Shown here piece by piece: positions 55,952-64,000 of a stretch of DNA of 64,000 nucleotides (its first letter is position 1; each line of letters opens with the position of its first letter). Under the pieces are notes generated by a model, which had not been told where the DNA came from, ran no database searches, and saw only the letters and a program-made list of their open reading frames with translations. Made by a program: the position numbers and the translations under genes. The stretch is from the human T2T-CHM13v2.0 reference genome, Homo sapiens. The stretch lies in NCBI GenBank assembly GCA_009914755.4, contig CP068257.2:42240001-42304000 (forward strand). The letters are read 5' to 3'.

Positions 55952-57062
55952 GTGAGTGAGGCCGGGGCCCGGGGGCCTGGGCAGTCCTGGGGGCCTTTAC
56001 TGTGTGCTCCCCTCCTCTTCCAGCCCTGGACCGTTCTCTGCATGTCAACAAACCCTGCCTAGCCCTTTGCAGGGGAACTCCTGGGAGGTAGGGAAGCAGG
56101 GGATGGCAGGAACTCATTCTGATCCCTCCTGGGGTCCTTGGGCAGCTCTCCCATCCTTCTGCAAAGGGGTTTTTGTTCAGAACATTCCTGAAGGAGCTGA
56201 GCGGTTTCATACCATCTGGGCGGTGTTTGTAGATGCCTGGCATGTCCTGGGACGGACAAGTGCCTGATGTATGGGCACAGACTCCCACTGCCCCCCAAGG
56301 CAGGTGCTGTAGGATGGCTGATTTACATGGTGATCTGCACCCTGAGCAGAAAATGCGTAGTTACCATCAAAGTGGCGCTGCTCTGTCACACCCATTGCCT
56401 GATGGGCTGGTTTATGGTGATCGCAGGCGATTTCCCAGCTGCCCTTGACCAGAGTCCGTGCCGGCTCTTACTGCAGAAGCCGAGAATCAGCAGGTGTCAC
56501 AGATCACGCTGGCCTAGGATTTCAGAGACTCGGTCCCAACCCCGCTGTGTCTCCGGGCTGGGATTAGATGGGGTGTTTGTGCTCCAGGCCTCCAGTGCTC
56601 ATTGGTAAAACGGGACACTGATGCCGCCTGCTGTTTCTGCAGAGGGTCAAAGGGCACAAGATGCGTGCCAGCCTCTGTCCATGGGGTGTGTGATGATGGT
56701 ACCAGGTGGTGCAGGGGGCAGCTGGGGGGACCCAAAAACCCCAAGTCTGGGTGCCAACTTTATTTTCTAGAGCCGGAGAACGGGGTGATTTCCTAGGAAG
56801 AGACCACAGCTCCCCTGGAGGTTCCACGCTAGATTGTGTTTGTTTTTCTTGGTGCACACTTGGCCAGGAGCTGCTTCTCTCTGATCTGGAAGCTTTCTCT
56901 TCTATAGATCCGATTAATGCACTTCCATTGCTAACAGCGGGGAGGGTCACTGCAGGTGACACAGGCAGGAGGATGCCCAGTCTTCCCCATGACTCAGTTT
57001 ATGTAAAAACGATCAATACTATTTACAAAGAGGTTTACCCAGAGCCAAAAGACAGAATCCTA

Positions 57063-57170
57063 AGGCTGAGGCAGGAGGATCCCTTGAGCTCAGGAGGTCA
57101 AGGCCACAGTGAGCTGTGATTACGCCACTGCACTCCAGCCTGGGCAACAGAGCGAGACCCCATCTCTAAA
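57063..57170 (+). mobile_element. Alu right-arm fragment, sense.
   Basis: AGGCTGAGGCAGGAGGATCCCTTGAGCTCAGGAGGTCAAGGCCACAGTGAGCTGTGATTACGCCACTGCACTCCAGCCTGGGCAACAGAGCGAGACCCCATCTC. Confidence 0.85.
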
Positions 57171-58260
57171 AAACAAACAGAACCTAAGTGTGGAATTTAG
57201 GAGACAAATTAGCTTGGGATTTGGGGCCTCTGAGAGTTTGAGCAAGGGGGTCGGTCATTGGTGAGGGTTCCAAAACCCCAGGAGCAACCGCTCACTCATC
57301 CTCAACCTGGGGCTACCGCGAGTGTGACGGGGGCCATGTATACAGGGCAGGCTGGCCCCAGCGAGCGGGCGACTCTGGCAGCTTCCACGGACCGTTCCTG
57401 GCGCCTGGGCGGAGAAAGGGTATCAAATCATTTCCTGGGATTCGTGGCTGAGCTATGCAGTTTCACAAATGCTCAAAATGATGAAAGACCTATTAGGTGT
57501 TGGGAAAAGAGCGCCTCTGTCTGGGAAGAGTGCCGCATTGCGCCTGAGCAGCTGCTCGTAATTGGCTTATGCCAAGCCTCTCAGCTTCAGCCTGCTGACC
57601 AGGTGGCAGGGGACTGGCTGTGCCACCTCCTCACCCACAGCGTTTCCAAGGATGTGCATTTCTCCTTTGCCCTCAGGTCTTCAGTAAGTTAGCTGTGGAA
57701 TTCGAGGCCTCAAGTGGTGGCCTGCGCCGTGGCAGCGTACCCACAGGTGCCATTTAGTGGCACTTGCAGTACGACCTGGGAGCTTCCGGAACCTGTGGGC
57801 TTGTGAGGTCCCTGTTGATCCTGTTTGACCTGGAGGGCCACAGAGGCGGCTTGGTTTTTTTGTGGGGACAGAGACGTTGAGCGTCACGGTGGGTGCTAGG
57901 CCTGTAATAGGAGCGATTCTGCATTGATGGCACCACGGGTCCAGGGAGGCCTCGCCAGCTCCCTCCCAGAGCAGGAAGGCGGGCTGGCCACTCACCAGGA
58001 GCCTGGGAGTCTGGCGTCCTTCACGAGGCGCTCCTGAAGCACCTCTGCCTACCCTGCATTCGCCACACGTGCCCAGGTACCTGGCGACGGACAGCAGGGA
58101 GCCCACAATGCCAGCTCTTCCTGGAGACGCCCGCCCCTGCGGTGGCCACTGGTGTTCAGTATGTGACTCTCTGAGCGTGGGGTTCTAGACCAGGAACCCT
58201 CTGTGCTCGGTCCACATGAAAAGAGCAGCTTCTCGTTCATCTTCAGAGACCTGTTCTTAA

Positions 58261-58992
<732 letters not shown>

Positions 58993-61831
58993 CGGGACAT
59001 CATTTTCTACTTGTAAACCAGAAACCTCCTTCCTCCCTCCTGCCGTCCCATAGGATTTTATCGATCACCTACTGTATACCAGGCACTGGCTAAGCCCTGC
59101 ACGCACAGTGGTGAGCAGGCAGTCCTCACCCTCCTGGGGCTCGATTTCCCAGAACCCTCAAGAGAAAGCCAGTCCTCAGGGGTCAGCAAGTTCCACATTC
59201 AGCTTCAGCTTTCGGCCATTCCTGCCGCCAGGCCACGCTGAGAGTCTGCCGGGGCACCTCTGTTCCCTGCGCCTGGCCTGCCAGGCCTCAGCCGCCACGG
59301 CCTGTGTCACGGAGGAAGGGGGCTGCAGCTGCACCCCCGGGAGGGGAGGTTGGAGTCGGGGTGGGGCGGGCCGCGTGCTGTTGGTGTAGGGTGGGCGATG
59401 GCAGTAGTGGCAGCTTATTACCACATCAGGAGAGGCCGGAGCGTTTTCAGCAAGGTCAGAAGCCTGCGCTGTGTTTAAAATCAGGGCGAGAGGGAGACAG
59501 GGAGGGAACGTTCCGCCGCCTAAACCACTTTCCCGCCGCATCTTTCACCTGGAGTGGAGGGGCAAGTGCCTGGGCCCAGTGGTGGCAGCTTCGGGAGGGT
59601 TCCATGAGGCTGCCTCGGGAAGCAAGGGTCCCGGCAGAGCTGGGTGTTCTCCTGGGCCCCCTCAGGACAGCAGCATCCACTTCAGGCGCCGCCTCTCTAA
59701 GGAGCCACACCTCCCTCTCGGGCCAAGTATGGAAACGAGCCACAGCACCACGTGTGCTAGGGCCCCAGCATTTCACCCACGTGGCAGAATCTGTGCCCCA
59801 AATGTCACAGCCCCTCCCCACCTCGGAAATGCAGGCTGAGTGGAGGCCCCGGCCCTCGCCACTCTGGAGCGATGGCTATTTCAGGCTCCAGGAGGCCGCT
59901 GAGTGGTTCCCGGGCTGGCCCTGCATTGCGGCTGGGCAGGGGCCACACGTCCCTCCCCCGTGGGCCCTGGGTGCCTGGAATCTGGAGCAGAGAGAGAGAG
60001 GGAAGGTAACAGCGTGGCCTGTACATCCCTGCCTGCAGGCGCTGGCCTTGCTGTCCCTGGGTGCTGCCTGTGTACTCCAGGGCACTCTCTTTCCTGGAGA
60101 GGAGGCCGCGGGAGTCATCGCGGGGCAGATCCTGGAGGCCAGCAAGGCCGCCCCTCCTCCTAAGTGGCACTGATTGACAGGGGAGAAAGACAGAGGCTTG
60201 TTCCCCAGAAAAGCACAGAAAACCAGCCTTGTTCCTCAGACAGGAGATGCATGTGCCGGGAGGCAGGCAGGGGGACGGCTGTGCTCGGCCTCTGTGCAGT
60301 GGGATTATTAGGGACAAATTCCAGAACAAAACTTGGGTTTCATCTAAGCTTTTTGGGGATTTGGGGAAAGCAGAAGAAAAGAGGGAGCCCAGGAGGAGGT
60401 CAATACACCGTGCCAGGAAATGAGGAAAAGCTCAGATGTGCAGTGTCAGCGCTTTTCCATGAATCACCTCTTACCTCTAGAACAGCAAGTGCGGGAGGTG
60501 TCCAGGTGCGGGGGGGCCACGTGCCCTCAGGGGCTTCCCTCCCCAGCCCGCCTGGAGACATCATCACTGACTCAGCTCCGGCAGGCAAGGGTCCCTCGGG
60601 GTCTACCACTGGGATTGACGCCAGCAAGTCGGACCCTTTCTCAGAAGCCCAGAGGGAGGGCAGAGCCGTAGCCACAGTTTGGAGGCATCTGCTGGGCTAG
60701 TGCATGTTTTAACAGCACCTATGACAAGGTGAGGCAGCATGGGTGGCCCTGCAGGTGGCGGTTTGCATATGTGCACATCCAGCCAGCTCCGTTTTCCAGT
60801 CTGGGGACTATGGTGACAGGAAGTAAAAAGCCTGCGATTTGGCCTACGGGGTCCCAGGGTCATCCCGGGGTCGCACCTTGGCTACCAGGCTTGAGGGTTC
60901 TGTGTGCGATTTCAGGAGAGACACACAGCCCATCGCACACCTGACAGCTGTCACCCTAAAGAAAATTCGGCTGAACTGTGCACATTCGGGAGCATTTTCA
61001 TTCACATTACACATTTCATTTCACTTCACGTTTTATTGGTTTGAGTAATGGTTTAGAAACTATCTTTTACTTCAAAATGTTTGTGCATCTGAGATTTTCT
61101 GACTTTATATCTGGACAGGGCGCCGTAATGGTAGACGATGGCCGAGGTTCAGGGAACCCTGTTTCTGTGGTTCAGGACAGGTCCAGCCTTTCTGAGCCCT
61201 GTCCCCGCAGAGAGCCCCCTTTCCAGGCACCCGTGTCTTGGGTCGCCGCTGGCCCTGTGAGGTGACACTCTGCAGCTCTTGCACTGTCCAGGCCAAGGGT
61301 GGCTGTTCTGAAACCTACTCGGTTTATTCCATCTTGAATCAATGCATTTTTTCAAGTCCGTGCCTCAGGGTGCCTGTAGAATGACAGATGTGGCATTTCA
61401 ATCGGTAAATAATGAGTACACCTTTAAGGTCCAGGCACTCTTTGTTTAGAACATTGTGGAATGCCTACATCATCTCATGCTTGCACAGGAGCGTGGCTTT
61501 GTCAGAACTCATCCCCAGGCAGCCCTGTGGGCACCTGGTGGGGGCTGGACAGGGGTCACGAGGAGAAGCCAGCAGGAGGGTGGTGGGCCCTCCACCTTGT
61601 CCCCGCAGGACTCCCCTCTCTGCCCAGACACACTCAGCCTCCACCAGGACTCAGGGGTTCCAGCCAAGCTCCTCTTACCAACGATGCCCCGTGACTGCCC
61701 CAGGGACGGGAGGGCTCAATGCCATTCCCCTGCAGGCCCTGTCTCTCCCCAGCTTCCAGTTGGTTGTCCTGCAGCCTCAGGTCTCTGATGGGATGAAGCA
61801 AAGTCGAGAACTTACGGTTTGTCTGGCTTTA

Positions 61832-62359
<528 letters not shown>

Positions 62360-62379
62360 TTAGCTGTGACTGTTTTATG

Positions 62380-62425
62380 TGTGCATGCATGTATGTGTGT
62401 GTGTGTACATGGGCGTGTGTGTGTT
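62380..62425. repeat. Impure (TG)n tract.
   Basis: GTGTGCATGCATGTATGTGTGTGTGTGTACATGGGCGTGTGTGTGTTTT. Confidence 0.8.
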
Positions 62426-63303
62426 TTGGAGTGTGGTCCCCACAAATCTGCCACCCTTGGAGAATGCTCTTCTGCCCTGGTGCATGGCTGTGCCCTAGCA
62501 TGGGAAGCGCCTGCTGTGTCCTGCAGGCCCGCAGACTTGTCACAGGTCCATTGTGCAGTCATCAGGCCCTGGGAGCTTTCCACATCCCTCCACCTCCCAC
62601 CCAACATCACCACTCTCCGGCCAGTGAGACCATCACAGCACCCCAGAGGAGACAAATTCTGGAGCTCAGAGAGCTGGGGTAGGTGACGGGAGGGTGGGGG
62701 GCTGGAGGTCCTTGGCCAGCAGCCTTCCCATCCTGGGCCACCAGCACCCTCATCCTCCCCTCGTCCTGCCCAGCTCCACCTCCTCCCTGCCCTCTTCCTG
62801 CCAGGGTTTGCAGTTTACACTGGCAGTGATGCAGTGGCAGACACAACTTGGGGAAATAACTCTAGGACCCTGGTCTTTAGTTCCGATTCCCGGTGAGACA
62901 GTACCTGGCGGGGAGCTTCTCGCCCTCTTCAGAAGTGGCCTGGGGGCCCTGGGGCTACTGATCCAGCCCAAAGCTGCAGTCAGGAGAGCGTGCAGCCGTG
63001 TGGGTCTCATAAGAGAGGCCGACCAGGGCTGCCCAAGCGGAGCTTCTGTTTGGCCTCTACCTGCTGGAGTGACGCCCCCGGCATCTCCAGCGAGGCCTGG
63101 AAACGTCGCAGTCTCCTCTTCACTGAGTCCAAAGTCACTTCCATCTCGGGCCCGTCCAGTGTCTGTCGGGGCCTTGATTCTGAGATGAGATTGTTTGCTG
63201 AAATGCTCCATGGACTCTTTCAGGAGTGACGTTGTTCTTTCAGGAACTGTAAACGGAGGTGGCATGTAACCAGTGTGGACTAAGAAGCCATGCTGCTGTT
63301 TCT

Positions 63304-63576
63304 TTTCTTTTCTTTTTTTTTTTTTTTGAGACAGAGTTTCAAAAAAAACTGCCTCCCGGGTTCAAATGATTCTCCTGCCTCAGCCTCCTGAGTGGCTGGG
63401 ATTATAGGCGCCTGCCACCACACCCGGCTAATTTTTTGTATTTTTAGTAGAGACGGGGTTTCACCATGTTGGTGAGACCATCACCATGATGGTCTCAAGC
63501 TCCTGACCTCAAGTGATCTGCCCACCTTGGCCTCCCAAAGTGCTGGGATTACAGGCATGAGCCACCGTGCCCAGCC
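63304..63576 (-). mobile_element. Alu SINE, antisense, with an internal deletion of about 50 bp and a TSD.
   Basis: TSD ATGCTGCTGTTTCT and TATGCTGGCTGTTTCT. The body runs TTTTCTTTTCTTTTTTTTTTTTTTTGAGACAGAGTTTC[AAAAAAAA]CTGCCTCCCGGGTTCAAATGATTCTCCTGCC to GAGCCACCGTGCCCAGCC. Confidence 0.9.
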
Positions 63577-64000
63577 TATGCTGGCTGTTTCTCACAAATG
63601 TATATTGAATACGAGCCATTCGCTTAGAAAACATTGATCAAGCATCTGTATTCTATGCCAGGCCCACGTGAGTAAGAGTAATAGCTGTTGATGATGTAAG
63701 CTGTGTTTTTGGCCAAAGGTAACAGAGATAGTGATTTAAACACCGTTACCTCTTGTCTTCCCCGCCTCTTGAAGAGGGCAGCTGCTGGTGTGACCTCAGC
63801 TGCTCCCCAGACCCTAAGGGGATCTGGGACCTTCCACCTTCTACCAACGGTGTTGGTCTTCTGTCCTCACGCCTATGGTTTCACGCTCCCACAGTGGCTC
63901 CTGCACCTTCAGACACTGCCTCCTCACCGAGGGAGGGAAGAACGACAAAGGTGATGACCAGAGGTATTTGTTTCTTGTCTTAGGAAAGCAAAAGCCTCCC

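Noticed and set aside
59304-60173. 289-aa plus-strand ORF in GC-rich unique sequence. Similar GC-rich ORFs sit at 49220..50059 (minus), 44769..45473 and 45106..45690 (minus).
   Set aside because: At GC content above 60% stop codons are rare, so ORFs of this length are expected by chance. The sequences are Arg/Gly/Pro/Ala-rich with overlapping ORFs in several frames and no domain-like pattern. I cannot exclude a coding exon embedded within them, but nothing supports one.

Overview
This window looks like human (hominid) euchromatic DNA, not a prokaryotic or otherwise novel system. It holds about 40 Alu copies in both orientations, several with intact target-site duplications (TSDs) and long A-tails. 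One SVA composite retrotransposon is present, which is restricted to hominids, together with several truncated L1 remnants from L1M- and L1P-age families. A roughly 4.5-kb Tigger1 DNA transposon carries decayed pogo/CENP-B-like transposase frames on the minus strand. It has been invaded in turn by a MaLR-type solo LTR, which two Alus split, and by three further Alus. An MIR fragment, a U6 snRNA pseudogene fused to an L1 3' end, and a cluster of GC-rich minisatellites and dinucleotide microsatellites are also present. The VNTR density, GC richness and Alu density resemble a gene-rich or subtelomere-like isochore, but I cannot place the locus. No rRNA, tRNA, CRISPR array or operon-like organisation is visible. 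Almost every ORF in the six-frame track is explained by Alu right arms, VNTR periodicity, L1 or Tigger remnants, or GC-rich stop-poor sequence. The only credible coding signal is a 127-bp plus-strand exon at 55825-55951, with an acceptor, an in-frame ATG, a hydrophobic signal-anchor-like segment and a GTGAGT donor. A weaker 63-bp exon candidate sits at 19580-19642. The most interesting items are the U6-L1 chimeric retro-copy, a 5S rRNA-derived filler inside a local duplication within Tigger1, tandem amplification of the LTR terminus, an apparently GC-enriched ancient L1 remnant, and the candidate transmembrane-encoding exon. I found no evidence of a previously undescribed biological system. 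All repeat family assignments come from reading the sequence against remembered consensus sequences and should be confirmed with RepeatMasker/Dfam.
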